64,000 nucleotides of DNA from Eledone cirrhosa (GCA_964016885.1 OZ024740.1:381052001-381116000); one strand, 5' to 3'. Shown: positions 1-12,424, counted from the first letter of the stretch. Program-made: numbers and translations. The notes: generated by a model from the letters alone, not told the origin.

Positions 1-411
1 GGGTCCAAGAACGTCTGAGGTTTCGACGGCAACCGGTGCAAAGAGAAAGCGGCCGAACAAGCCCCGGTGTTTGTTTGTCTTCCCGTTTTCTTCTCTTTAT
101 ATATTTTAAAGATATGCTTGCAGTCTTCAAATTAATGTCTATATATCGGGCAAGTCTTTGTAATCTGATCGACGATCATAATCTATGAACTGGCTGTGAG
201 TATGTTAGGCAGTTGAGTCTTCTTCCTTCCACGTCCTTTTGATCCTGCTTAATGAAACCACTGCTCAGAAATTAAGCAGTTTCCAATTAAAACGATTAGG
301 TACCAAACTGCGCCAAAATATTCCGCTTGTGTAGCGACTTTAGAAACCGCATATTTTGTTAGGTCTTATCAATGGAATAATTCCATAGAAATCTGGCTAT
401 TGGAGTTGTTA

Positions 412-545
412 TTTGAAATCGCTATTCTTTGAAATATGTTTTCACTCTAAAATTGTTATTCTCTAATTGAAGTGACAAATGCTCACTTTGAAATTACTCC
501 TCTTATTTTGAAATGACAATTGCTCACTTAGAATTACAAATACTT
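412..545. repeat. Degenerate ~21-bp minisatellite (GAAAT/GAAGT...CTCACTTT units)
   Basis: About six diverged units, e.g. gaagtgacaaatgctcacttt / gaaatgacaattgctcactta. Confidence 0.45.
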
Positions 546-983
546 TAGTAGACGATTGCGTTTCATTTCATAATCTAAAGGGATGTGTAGTGTGAAATGA
601 ATAAATAACTTCGTCAGATGTATAATCTGGGGTTTTGTACAGATATAGAAATACTGGTTCTATTAACCGTTTGTTTCCGTGGCAAGGTAGTGAAACTTAT
701 TTACATTTTGTAATCCTCAAACATTTGCACCTGTCGTTCGTCTAGGTGTGTTTTCTTTTTTACTTTTGGAGAAGGTTATTGTGCGTTTGTGTGTAATGTA
801 TGTGTGTGCGTGTGCATATTAATTATTCTCTAAGAAGCTTCATTCATAAAAGGTATTTTGTACCGATACTTCTTTTTAGTTATCATTCGGTCCTTTTAAT
901 CTCATTGTCTAGTTTCATATTTACTGAGTTTTTGACAGATTACGCACACTCACACGCACACAAACACACACGCATACACACAT

Positions 984-1015
<32 letters not shown>

Positions 1016-1176
1016 GCAAAATGTTTACAACTTTCAACTCTTTCTGACATTCATTTGCATACTCACACATAACTTTGAATTACCCTAAATAAAACATTTT
1101 TTCCACTATCCAGATAACCTTCAACCGTCAAGGTTGTTTTTCTGCGGGTATGTCAACATTTATAAAACAAATTTTG

Positions 1177-1242
1177 TATTTTATCTGATGAAAGCGCACC
1201 AAAATTTGCCTTGGTTGCCCTTGAAATATATATAATAAAATA
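1177..1242 (+). ncRNA. Minimal type I hammerhead ribozyme (PLE-type, palindromic stem III)
   Basis: Stem I TATTTTAT/ATAAAATA; CTGATGA 1185-1191; stem II aagcgcaccaa/ttggttgccctt; GAAA 1223-1226; palindrome TATATA; TA cleavage site. Confidence 0.75.
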
Positions 1243-1287
1243 ATTATGGTTTTATAAATATAGTTTCCATTTATTAATATATTGTAT

Positions 1288-1341
<54 letters not shown>

Positions 1342-1388
1342 ATACAATATATTAATAAATGGAAACTATATTTATAAAACCATAATTA
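1241..1388. repeat. Inverted repeat (~50-bp arms) centred on a (TA)n tract
   Basis: taattatggttttataaatatagtttccatttattaatatattgtatattg is mirrored as its reverse complement after the (TA)n. Confidence 0.85.
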
Positions 1389-1393
1389 TATAT

Positions 1394-1878
1394 ATATAAT
1401 TCAATATAAAAGAGAGATAAACACATATATATACATATGTGTGTTAAAATTGTAAGGGACCAGATTCGCTAGGGTGAAAAAAATACTAACTATGGACAAT
1501 AGGGTTTGCCAGACTCAATTTAAAATAATAAATCAAGAAAATAAATACAAACCGATATTGGGGCAACTGCCAGACACTCAGACAGTTTTGGTAATGTTGC
1601 TTCGCAATTATAGTGAAGGGAATTACTAATTCTTTTGCTCATCAGTGTGTGTAAAATTAGTAAACCCTTCACTTCTAAGTATCTCAGAAGACTGAATAGT
1701 GTGCGTATATAAAATCATAGTTAGTATTCTTTTATTTGATTTATTATTTTAAATTGAGTCTGGGAAACCCTATTGTTCATAGTCAGTATTTTTTTCAGCC
1801 TAGCGAATCTGGTCCCTTACGATTTGAACACATATATGTATATATCTGTGTTTATCTCTCTTTTATAGTCAATTATAT
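1394..1878. mobile_element. Foldback non-autonomous element (~140-bp imperfect inverted arms), probably PLE-derived
   Basis: Arms ~1394-1535 and ~1736-1878 are reverse complements with scattered mismatches; abuts (TA)n; spacer contains a degenerate hammerhead. Confidence 0.7.
1574..1652 (-). ncRNA. Degenerate hammerhead ribozyme
   Basis: Minus strand: acacaca-CTGATGA-gc...gc-GAAG (instead of GAAA)-caac...actg-TC-tgagtgt. Confidence 0.45.
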
Positions 1879-2087
1879 ACGACCCGAAAAAATCTCTTTC
1901 CTTGAGCTATTTAATTGTAAGAGACTATTTTGAGTTTCTAACCCAATATATACCTTTGATGTGTGATAGTGCGTATAGAACATGTTCCTATTTACACTTA
2001 TTTAGAGAGGAATATATTAAGTACATCTCTAAATCAGTCCTCTGGTGTGAATTCTTTATACTTACATGTTTACGTTTATAATTTGCT

Positions 2088-2126
<39 letters not shown>

Positions 2127-3289
2127 AGAGAGAGAGAGAGAGATTAGTGCATGAGAAGGATGTGCGTTTTATTTCTGCACACTGTTAAAATAAGTATCAT
2201 TACTATGTTTACTGTAATAAACATGAACATAGGAAAAATCAATATTACCTATTCACTGCTGCTTTCATATGGACATTTTTTAGGGTAGATATTTCGTGAG
2301 ATTCAAGGTATATTTAAATTTGTCTGAGGTATATAGTAGGTGGCAGTTGTAATAGGATGAGTTAATAAGTGGCTAAAGTTAAGGGGCTGTAGGCCTACTG
2401 GAGGTGTTAGTTGTTGGTACGGTAGGAATGGGGAGTTTGGGTTGTTGTTGTTTTTTTTTTTGGGGGGGGGGTAACCGATCGCCTGGGTTTTGTAGTATGA
2501 GTGTGTACGCGGTGGAGTTGGAGATATGAAGGTTTTATCAGTGAGTAGGAAATTAGGTAAACAATTAGGTGTGGTCGTGCAAGAAGACTGAAAGCCGGAT
2601 AATGAATGGTAAATGGGTGTCGAATGATTGCAGGGTGAGACTTTAAACGGTTGGCTCTAATTGATTTAGCAGACTGGTAAATTCATAGTTAAGCATATTT
2701 AAGTAGACGTTTGAATAACATATGAATGATAACAGAGGAGAAATTAAATAAATATGGCTGGTTATGAATAGTTACAAATAATTGAAAATAATTGTTGTTG
2801 CTTTTAGATTAACGATTTGTTGATGAGTAAATGAGGTCATCAGTGTGATTTGGAGTGAACGTATATGTGAGATTGGTAATATGGGTTACGTGTGCGAACG
2901 CAAGATGTGTGATTGTTGTTGTTGTGTAGTTCCATGTCAGCTCTGATCGACCAGTCCAACGTAGTTCCTTTAAAGTCACTTTCTGACACTTTGCAGCATC
3001 TGTTCCACTGACAGTCTCTCACAGTTGCCTTTTCGTCAATGGTTCATGTTCCGTTTAAATTGCTGAACACATGCCAAGCACTCCCAATTTACTCCTCTCT
3101 CCTCGTTTCATCTTCTATGTTATGTTTAATGTCCACTGAGCCTAGTCTTACAACAAAATCATCCCCTTCCTGGAACCCCCTCCCTACCCATCTATCATCC
3201 AAAGATGTGAACCTACAAGTTAAATAGAACATCTATACCGTCAATCTCTCTATTCTCGGAGGTCTTGTGAAGGCCGAGTCCAGGGTCAT

Positions 3290-3490
3290 CCTAAGCCAGC
3301 CATCCCAAAGGATCGTCGAGCGTAGAGCCGACCAGATCCACCAGCGCCCTCCATCGTTTCTGGTCCCGTGCCAGCTCCTCTGTATCCTTCAATGTTTGTC
3401 AAGCCTCCGGAGATTTTTCCCTGACATCCACCCAGCTGACGCGGGGCCTCTTCCAGCCTGCAGCCTCTGCGTCGAATGATGGAGGTATTT
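3290..3490 (-). pseudogene. RTE-clade LINE ORF C-terminal fragment
   Basis: Minus translation AAGWKRPRVSWVDV...TLKDTEELARDQKRWRALVDLVGST fits the RTE C-terminal pattern GRPxxxWxD...LAxDRxxWR. Confidence 0.65.
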
Positions 3491-3829
3491 TACGGTTTGT
3501 GCAATGTGATGCCCTAGTTGTTCTGTTTGTACATCGTTTTCCTTTCTTTATCCTCTTCTGTGAATGTTGAGGAGGAATTGTTTGTAAATCCTTGTATTTT
3601 TATTTTCTGTGTTTATACAGGGGTGGGTATATATTTATTTTGTTGATTTGTTGTAATCAGTGGTGAAAACAGGTTTTTAGAACTAGAGTTATACTAAGGC
3701 CCGTGAGACTGAGGCTGAGAAGGTCGGTAAAAATTATAAGCTGGAAAATAAGGGAACGTCGTCCCCTCGCATAACCCCACTCCCATCTCTATCACTTGTT
3801 GTATGTGTTATCCTATGATGTTAACGATA

Positions 3830-3944
3830 AGCAGGGAAACCTTGTATTTGGCAGGTGCTACATTAAGCCTGTTGATGTTGAGCCAGATTTCTAGATGATT
3901 TAAGAAGTGTTGGAGTAAGTCGTGCGATACTAACAGGAAGAAAC

Positions 3945-3945
<1 letters not shown>
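3830..3945 (-). pseudogene. Possible LINE (Jockey/I-like) reverse transcriptase fragment
   Basis: [25 protein letters not shown] resembles the post-YADD LQxxLxxLxxWxxxNxLxxxPxK segment; truncated at (TA)n. Confidence 0.35.
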
Positions 3946-4023
<78 letters not shown>

Positions 4024-4032
4024 TACATATAC

Positions 4033-4064
<32 letters not shown>

Positions 4065-4205
4065 GGGCATATGGCAAATAAAGGACTCCTGATCTAATGT
4101 ATATTTACAATTATGACAGATCTAACGTATACCACTACCACAAGAACTACTACTACTACTACTACTACTACATGATTATCGGCAGACAGTTTTAAATAAT
4201 CTTAC

Positions 4206-4321
4206 ACAAAGGATTGGTTTAAAATCTGAATAACATTTATCCCGCTTTGAGAAAAAGAGACAAGCTTCAGATCTTTAAACCTGGCGTCAGAACTGCGAAC
4301 TGGCATCATTAAAAAGAAAAC
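4206..4321 (-). CDS. Candidate isolated coding exon (VFFLMMPVRSSDARFKDLKLVSFSQSGINVIQILNQSF)
   Basis: Open frame between a ccgcag| acceptor and a |gtaag donor; loose resemblance to the FERM F3 segment of MyTH4-FERM myosins; no partner exons found. Confidence 0.22.
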
Positions 4322-4330
4322 CTGCGGATG

Positions 4331-4334
4331 ATGA

Positions 4335-4419
<85 letters not shown>

Positions 4420-4433
4420 GGTGGTGGTGGTGG
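4331..4433. repeat. (TAG)n followed by (TGG)n microsatellite
   Basis: Read directly from the sequence. Confidence 0.95.
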
Positions 4434-4950
4434 TTCTTGTTTTGTGTAGTTCTGGTTGTAGTATAGGATGACATTAATCAGTACACATTTCACTTTGAAC
4501 TCAATGGCTTTGTTTCTCGAGACTTAAAAATAAAAAGTCTTTTAGAAGTTGAAAGAAAGCCTTCCAAGCAGCAACTGTTCCCCGTCAATCAAAATATCTA
4601 TGCCCATTGCTTGTGTTGTTGTTGTCGTGGTGGTCATGAAGGTGGAAATAAATTCACGGTCATTCATTCGTCTGTTTAGTTGCGTATTTGTGTGTGCGTG
4701 TGTATGTGTGTGTGTGTGTGTCTGTGCAGTGTGTGTGCCTGTGGAGTGTGTCTGTGTGTGTTTTCAGGCGTCTGTACGTGTGAGAGGGAAACAAAGAGAT
4801 AGGGGAAAAGAAAGGTGTGCTGCTATTGTTGTTGAGCTGCTATTGTTGTTGATCATATAGACATATTTGTGGGTAGAATTGGGTGAAGTACCCAAGCGAG
4901 ACAGCCTTGAGATACTGAAAGATGTTTATTCATTATTATGTGTTAACTTT

Positions 4951-5241
4951 GCGGTGGATTGGCAGTATCGGTAGAGGGTCGGACGCCATGCTTTCCACCA
5001 TAGTTACGTCCCTTTACGATCTAAGTTCAAATCCCGCCGAGGTTGACTTTGCCTTTCATCCTTACGGGGTCGATAAAATAAAGTACCAGTAATGCACTGG
5101 GTAATTGCTGGACTTGTGCCTAAAGTAGAAACAATTATGTGTTAACTTTGCCTTTCATCCTTACGGGGTCGATAAAAATAAAGTACCAGTAATGCAGCAC
5201 TGGGTAATTGCTGGCCTTGTGCCAAAAGTAGAAACAATTAT
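4951..5241 (+). mobile_element. tRNA-derived SINE (family A) with target-site duplication and partial 3' tandem duplication
   Basis: A-box TGGCAGTATCGG, B-box AGTTCAAATCC, body GCCTTTCATCCTTACGGGGTCGATAAAATAAAGTACCAG; attatgtgttaacttt on both sides; 3' ~95 bp repeated. Confidence 0.85.
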
Positions 5242-5259
5242 GTGGTCAGGTTGATAGTG

Positions 5260-5440
5260 GATCTGTAGGGGTTCCTCAACTAGCCCTACTTAAAAGTCTT
5301 CTTGTACCTTATTTGTATAATTTTACCTCATACTTATTTTTTCCGAGTTTTATGTAAACCGTCACCTTTATTGTTGTAACTTGTATTTGTAATGTTCCCT
5401 TCATCCGATACCTATGTGGCAAATAAAGAAAATTATTATC
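5260..5440 (+). mobile_element. Tx1/L1-type LINE 3' UTR fragment
   Basis: Ends tgtggcaaataaagaaa, like the 3' end of the LINE at ~60020 (tgtggctaataaagaaa). Confidence 0.45.
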
Positions 5441-5849
5441 ATCTATTGAACCTTATGCTCTCACTGCACTATCAAGCGCCGTTCGCTGTCCCTTGGAAAT
5501 AGGCAGTGTTTTATGTTGATTTAGTAATTTGTAATGTATTGAAGGTACAGACTGACATATGTGTAGAGCAATTGTGATGATGCATGCTAAAAAGTAAATA
5601 ACTACACTGCCTCAGTGCGAGTGTGTGTCTATGAAACAAATATAAACGAGGTCCTAACAAAAGGAACCAAATTCCTACTGTCACTGCCTCCGTCTCTCCC
5701 ACTCTCCTAATCTCTCCCTATTATGAGCTAATGGGGGCCCACGCGCTGGCCGCCCCGCGGCCTCGGCGGATAGAATAGAGAAGGCGTTTCCCCGGAGGAT
5801 GGTGAGGGAGACGCACAGGAAGAGCCATCCCAGAACACGACTCTAATAT

Positions 5850-6760
5850 GCGTGAGTTTGCACCTCGGCATCTGGAGAGGTAAATCCATGCCATTCAACA
5901 GCGTTGTGGGACGCTAGATAGACGGACCGGTCATGTCGCTCGAGGTTTGGTTCAGTCAGGATTCCAGGTAGATAGGAACTCGGACGAGGTAACGAGCAGC
6001 TCGGTCAATCTTACTCAGAATGGATCGAGAGGAAGCTATCTCTGAAAGGACGAGAGGAGATGGTTAACGTGTACATCGCTTTCGTCATCTATTACTATTT
6101 GACCGTATGCCTAACCTTAGTTCGCGCCTCACTAGATTGGAGCGCCTGCTCTTTCACTTCTTGCAGAAAGTATAGGTTCCACTGTTCAGGCAGTCCATCT
6201 GCTGCCAACACCCATTACGCGTACGGCTCATCATGATGTGTATGATGGTGTGCAAACATGCGCTAAGGTTATGGCATTTACAAATATCCCTAAACGGTGA
6301 ACATGTGTGCTCGCCGTTTGTACGGTACGTTTTTCCGCAACGCGTCTCTTTAACTGAAATACAGTCCTGGGTAAAGCGAAGACCAAGACTAGTCATCTGA
6401 CGTCTAAATTGTGATCAGGCGCTTTACCAATCGGGCAATGTGGTCAGTGGAAATTCTTGACCAGTGTCTGGCATTGCTAACTAGTAGAGTATTGCCGAAC
6501 AGCTATTGTCTCATGTAGTGAAAGAAAGATTGTGAGGTGGCCAAGACAGGCGCTTTCATCTTCGACCAAGCCCCCATCAACTTTTTCAGGTACAATTTGG
6601 AAAGGAAGGTAAGAGGGTGAGAGAAGTGCTTTCCCCAATACATTTGTTAAAAGTTAGCTGAATGTAGCGTGGATGTCCTGAGTGAATGGGCCTATTCTGA
6701 GCATGCGCGTGCAGGCGGAAGAGTTCAGAGAGAAGAAGGGCACCTTTCTAGTGTCCTCAT
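5850..6760 (+). pseudogene. Decayed Tx1/L1-type LINE ORF2 (post-RT region)
   Basis: SLHLGIWRGKSMPFNSVVGR*IDGPV, WIERKLSLKG, LTRLERLLFHFL, SICCQHP, QSWVKRRPR align by eye with the ORF at 60321-62276. Confidence 0.8.
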
Positions 6761-7247
6761 GGTGATTAGGATGATTTCAGATCCGTAAAGTTCCTAAACT
6801 ACCTCTACGTGATACGCTTCCCTATTGGGGAATTTTGTTATTTATTTATTGAGGGGATTTAATTCGCTATATACCACTACTCTTAAAATATGTGGCCTTC
6901 TGCCTAAGATAGAAATATGCCGCGGTGGTCTGTTTGTTATCTTTTAGCGGAAGAAACATTGAAGTTGATAAACATTATAGACGTCAATGTTTTGAAGAGA
7001 ATCTAAAGATAAGAACCTAAACAGGATGAAAAAACGTCACTTCTGAAAACATTAAATAAAATACAAAACTCAAACATACGCAAACACGCGCATACAGGAA
7101 AATAATTTGCCATATTTGATGGAGTAAAATGGCAAACACTGACATCTGACATTTTACCGAATTTATTCAATCGGATACAGTAGTATATAAGTGTGTTGTA
7201 TACTGACAGTTTATCCGGTCCCGTGTATACACAACGAATGATACTTG

Positions 7248-7328
<81 letters not shown>

Positions 7329-7330
<2 letters not shown>

Positions 7331-7442
7331 CGAAGGAAATGTGGTAAATAACCAGGTGGACCATAACGCACCAAAGTACTCAATACTTAGGGTAGTAGAG
7401 TGGGTAATAGGAACAAGTAAGACCCCCGGGGTCTTACTTATT

Positions 7443-7444
<2 letters not shown>
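7329..7444. mobile_element. Short insert between (TA)n tracts with terminal hairpin (probable PLE end remnant)
   Basis: ggaacaagtaagacccc/ggggtcttacttattcc fold-back at 7411-7444 abutting (TA)n. Confidence 0.45.
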
Positions 7445-7533
<89 letters not shown>

Positions 7534-7894
7534 CTATCTATGTATCTCCCCCCACTATTTCTTCCTTTCTCTCCCTTCCCGTTCTCTGATATATCTAGGT
7601 ATATTATGAACTGAGAGAAAGAACACCTGCAGAAGAAACGGACGGATGAAGTTAATGAATGGATCGTTAAAGACTTCGTATCAACCCAAGTACACTACTC
7701 CACCACTCTGGGGACAAGTTTTCAAAGGAAAACTGAATATTACTTTATCGCTACCAAAACACAGCCACCGTACCTGCTATTTACTAAAATGTATACACTC
7801 TGAACAGCTAGTTGCAGTTGCATTATTGGAAGATGCATTGAGTGAGCTAGACGTTGGCCGAGGACCGTTGACATAGTATCAACAATCTTTGTTA

Positions 7895-8016
<122 letters not shown>

Positions 8017-8410
8017 TGTGCTTGGTGTTTAACCCCAGGTCAACCCTCACTAAGTATACCTATTATCAAACGTATTATATTCGTGAACATATTTTTTTTC
8101 TTCGGGAAAATAAGTTGATTTGTTTGTTATTTATCTTTATTCGGCTTGAGAGTGATGGTTTTTCATTTCATAATCCTTCTCCCTGATCAATCCATGTAAC
8201 CGTCGTATCATCATAGGAAGAGAATCTGCAAACGTAGAGTGAAAATCCCGAAATCTATTTATCTTGCAAAGTATTTATTTCTGACAGTAAATCGGGAAAT
8301 CCAAGTTAATAATTAACATTCCGTATTATGACTGGTTTCAATTGTAAGGACGTAGTTTTTTCCAAATGGTTTTTACAGAACAGAAAATTCGTTTCTACGC
8401 TTGCTGTGTT

Positions 8411-8510
<100 letters not shown>

Positions 8511-8534
8511 TATTATTATATATACGGCGAAACT

Positions 8535-8855
8535 GAGTAGCGTCGTGGCTAGAGCGTTGGGTTCACAATAGGAAAGCTGTGGGTTTGATTTCCGTACCTG
8601 GTTATGTGTTTGGGTTGTACTTGAGCAAAACAAATTGCTCCAGTTCACTCTGCTGTAGGAATATGATGCGACCTCACTGATGCCACGTTGTATCAGCGTT
8701 TGCCTTTTTTTTGGACAATATCAGTAATATGAAGATAGAAGACTGTTATACATGAGCGACTGCTGGTCTTCCACAAAAAAATCTCAGTGGGCTTGTGCCT
8801 CAGAAGTAAACTCTCTAGGTGCAAAACCCACGTTCATTTGTGACCGAATTGAGGT
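8535..8855 (+). mobile_element. tRNA-derived SINE (family B)
   Basis: A-box TGGCTAGAGCGTTGG, B-box-like GGTTTGATTTCC; homologous copy on the minus strand at ~25670-25980. Confidence 0.7.
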
Positions 8856-8949
8856 TTCAGTTAAATATTAGGACATTTTCCGTCAATACTGAACATATGT
8901 TACGTTAGGCTACACCAGATTTGTAAAATGATGTATGTATGTATGTATG

Positions 8950-9108
8950 TGACCGCGCTGGTCCTGTGGAAAGCACAACTATCTTCTGTCATCTGTGTCG
9001 TAATCCATGCAGATCTACAAATGGCCTACGAAATCATGGATGTAGATGGGATGAAAACGAAGAATCAATAAGAGACGGCAATCGTTTGAGAAGACGCTGT
9101 AATCCTTA
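8950..9108 (+). pseudogene. RTE LINE 3' end (C-terminal zinc finger plus 3' UTR)
   Basis: FCHLCRNPCRSTNGLRNH, followed by a short 3' UTR and an ATGT-rich tail. Confidence 0.55.
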
Positions 9109-9182
9109 TATATGTATGTGTGTATGTGGAAAGGGCAGAGGAACTCAGCAGAAACAACAATCCAAATAGTTTTTTTTTTCAC

Positions 9183-9492
9183 CTGGGAGTGAAAGGCCGC
9201 CAGTTGTTGTCACAGCACCTTTCTATGAGAGCTAAACTCTCACAAAAAAACCTGCGGCTTCGGAAGAATCCAATTATGTTGACCAGTTCTCCTTACGAGT
9301 AGACTCAAACAGTGGGTTGGTCGAGTGCAAGGCTTTTCCCCACTTAAAAAACATTCAAAGCACAGGCATTGCTTGTTCAAGATATTTTACAGGTCCGTGT
9401 GGCTGGCGGTAGCCTAAAAGTGCGCTAAACTCTATAATATGATAAACTATCGCAATACTCTTAGAGTTTGCAGCCATCATGTATGTATGTAT
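9183..9492 (+). mobile_element. RTE-derived bipartite non-autonomous element, 5'-truncated
   Basis: Homologous to 38490-38779; ends gcagccatc-(ATGT)n. Confidence 0.6.
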
Positions 9493-9493
9493 G

Positions 9494-10945
9494 TTCTTCT
9501 GGTTTTAAAATTTCACAAATTTTTGCCAATAGAGAGAGAGTCGGTTTCTAACATAGTTATAAGACTCTCACATTGGAATTTACACAACATCAACTATGTA
9601 GATATGTCTGCCTGTCTGCATGCATGCGAAGGTATGTATGTTATTGTATGTGTGGATGTGTATGTTTTGAGTTGTGTGTGTATCTGTACATGCGTATATG
9701 CAGTTATTAGATGCAAAGTTTTGGGAATGTTTTACATATTTTTACTGTTCCATTAATGGATTGTACTCGTAATTTTCTAACTAGTTGTGTTCTTTCTGTT
9801 CCTGTGAAGTCCAGCTTCACAAGATATGTATTGAGGCAGTTACTAACATATCCCAGTGCCCCAATAATCACAGGCATAAATCTGAAGGTATAATCAGGGT
9901 GGAGTATTTGCAGATTTCTCATTAGTTCTGCATAAATATTCTCCTTTTCGCTAATCTTTGATATTATATTGGCATCTGCTGGGCAGCTAACTTCCACTAC
10001 TGTGCATGCCTTCTTTTCCCTGTCCCATATCATTATATCTTCTTTGTTATGCCTGTATTTTATTGGGTTTTTTCTAGAACATTCCACCAGTACTCTTTCA
10101 TATTATGTAGATGTATGTCTTCCACATGGCTGTAGTTTTTAATGTGTTTATTATCGGGGCTATCTTTTCTACGGATTGCATTGTACAGTGTTTTGGCCAC
10201 TACACCATGCTGCTCATAGGTAGGTAGTACTGCGATGATATCTTTGGACAGCTACTTATGACATGGGTGACATCTTCGATGTTAATTCTGCAGAGTCTGC
10301 ACTTGTTATCACATCTAGGTGTTTTGCCTGCAACCCTATCTCTTTTGTGAATCAGGTATTTCGTGTTGATTTCCTGTTCTTGGATTACAAAAGCGTATCA
10401 ATGTGGGAGCCAATATAGCGGTTGTTGGTCCAAGATAGACTACTTTCTTTACCTATAGTACTTTCACTCTGGAGCTTCCTGGCAACATATCAATGCATGA
10501 TTTTTTTGCTGATAGGCATGCAGTTTTTCATCCATGGATTCACTGCGATACTGCTGAGCGACTTACCTGGGTGTGAGTTTTTGATCATTACACAGGGAAT
10601 ATCTCTCGGGGAGTTCTTTCCCAACTCTTATGATGTTATCTGTTTCATGCAGATAGACTTGCTCGAGAGACGAGCTCCTACACTTCGAGGTTCGTAGATG
10701 TTGTCGGAGGGATATGATGCGACATTCAAATGTTGTCTGGACTGATGTTAGGCCTCTGCCTCCTTGCTTACGTTTCAAGTAAAGGCGGTCTATGTCGCTG
10801 TTGATGTGGAAGTTTCCGGTGTTGTTTAGTATTTTTCGAGTTCTAACATCAATTGCTCCCATTTCGTGTATCGTTCAATTGAGTATTCCAAACGTTGGTG
10901 TTAGAACAGGCACAGCAAACACATTGTGAGCCACTGTTTTGTGGT
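9494..10945 (-). mobile_element. 5'-truncated R4/Dong-type non-LTR retrotransposon (RT end, CCHC, restriction-like endonuclease), disrupted
   Basis: HNVFAVPVL...IDVRTRKIL...RLYLKRKQGGRGL; CRLC...THVISSC; HNKEDIMIWD...VVEVSCP...EKENIY...PVIIGALG; 3' UTR hairpin 9536-9569; (TACA)n on both sides. Confidence 0.88.
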
Positions 10946-11017
10946 ATGTATGTATGTATGTATGTATGTATGTATGTATGTATGTATGTATGTATGTATG
11001 TATGTATGTATGTATGT
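10945..11017. repeat. (TATG)n microsatellite
   Basis: Read directly from the sequence. Confidence 0.95.
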
Positions 11018-11630
11018 TGGTGCTACTGGCAACATGTATCCCAGTACAACCTGTCTCATGGTCGGGTCGTTGGCGACTAAACTGGCAATCCCACCAAGGT
11101 TTCTTGGTGAGGAGGGTGACTTTGGACATCCTGCAGGACTAAAAACAAAACCTGTCAAAGGGCAAAGGAGCTCTTAAGAGTCAATGGCCATCCAAAATCA
11201 CTGGGAGAGATGACCCCTTAGCCCATGTCAAGGCAGAATTCTAGGAGAAGGAAAACTCTGATATAACACCTGCAACTCTGATGGTATCCAATGATGTTGA
11301 CTTGTTCATCTTTTTAGTAAATATCATCTTGGTTAAGATAGTGGGACTGGCTTTGTGCAGTGCCTTTGCTCACTATAAAAGCTTCACGGCACAGGCATTG
11401 CTTTGTATCTGGAGATCTCTCTGCACTTGTCGTCACATGGTACCATGGGCCCAGCACTATGTGTCAATAATTGTCACAAGTGTAGTGTTTATACCAGAGT
11501 TGTCAAGTCGCTGGCTGTACTAAAAAGTCACATTCGTTCAGCGCATCGGTAAGGGTTCTCCTACATGAATATAAAGTAGTGGCCGTAGTCGAAAACGAGT
11601 TGGCAGCCACCATGTATGTATGTATGTATG
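11018..11630 (+). mobile_element. RTE-derived bipartite non-autonomous element
   Basis: RTE 5'-UTR-like CTAGGAGAAGGAAAACTCTGAT; structured 5' region; 3' gtcgaaaacgagttggcagccacc plus (ATGT)n tail. Confidence 0.65.
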
Positions 11631-12295
11631 TCGGGTCACTCTTGAGTGCTGCTGGTAACATGTAACCCAGTAAAACCTGTCGCATGGTAGTGTCGTCGGC
11701 TACTAAACCGGCAACCCCAACAAGTTTACTTGGTGAGGAGGGTGATTTTCGAGACCCTGCAGGACAAAAAACAAAACCTGACAAAGGGCGGAAGAACTCA
11801 TAACAGTCAACGGCCATCGAAAAGTGTGTAAATATGTATATACACATGTACATATGTATGTATATGTATATACACATATATATGTACATGTATATACACA
11901 TATACATGTGTGCATGTGTATGTATATGCGCGGGGACATAGAAATAGTCGGGCTGGACACCCGATCGCGCGGTTAAACCACTGGGAGTGAAGGACCCCTA
12001 GCCTTTGTCAGGGCATTCTTCTAGGAGAAGGCAACTCAGGAAACTGGGATAACTACGATATAAAACCTGCGGCGCAGTAGTTACCGATGATGTTGATCTT
12101 TTCTTCTTTTCGGATTATAGCTACTGTCGCCCAGAGAGTGGGATTGGCTCAGTGCACACTCTTTACTCACTTTAAAAAATATCTTCACGCACAGGCATTG
12201 CAAGATAGAATTAATTAATAATTATTAATAATGGTATATCGTGCAATGCCCATACTCGATAACGAGGGGGCTGCCATGATGTATGTATGTATGAG
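11631..12295 (+). mobile_element. RTE-derived bipartite non-autonomous element (second tandem copy, internal microsatellite)
   Basis: Homologous 5' region; ctaggagaaggcaactc; 3' stem-loop CTCGATAACGAG-GGGGCTGCC-ATGATGT typical of RTE ends. Confidence 0.65.
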
Positions 12296-12424
12296 TATCA
12301 TAATAATTGCATGTGTGAATAAACAATTGGACATCTTTTCAAACAACTAAAATACGATACTGAAAAGATATTTGTCTATTTGTCATTCTCACCAGACTCG
12401 TTTAGTATATGTGCATATAATTAG

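Noticed and set aside
7599-7649. Possible terminal exon VYYELRERTPAEETDG* after a good polypyrimidine/AG acceptor
   Set aside because: Too short, no recognisable homology and no upstream partner exon identified.
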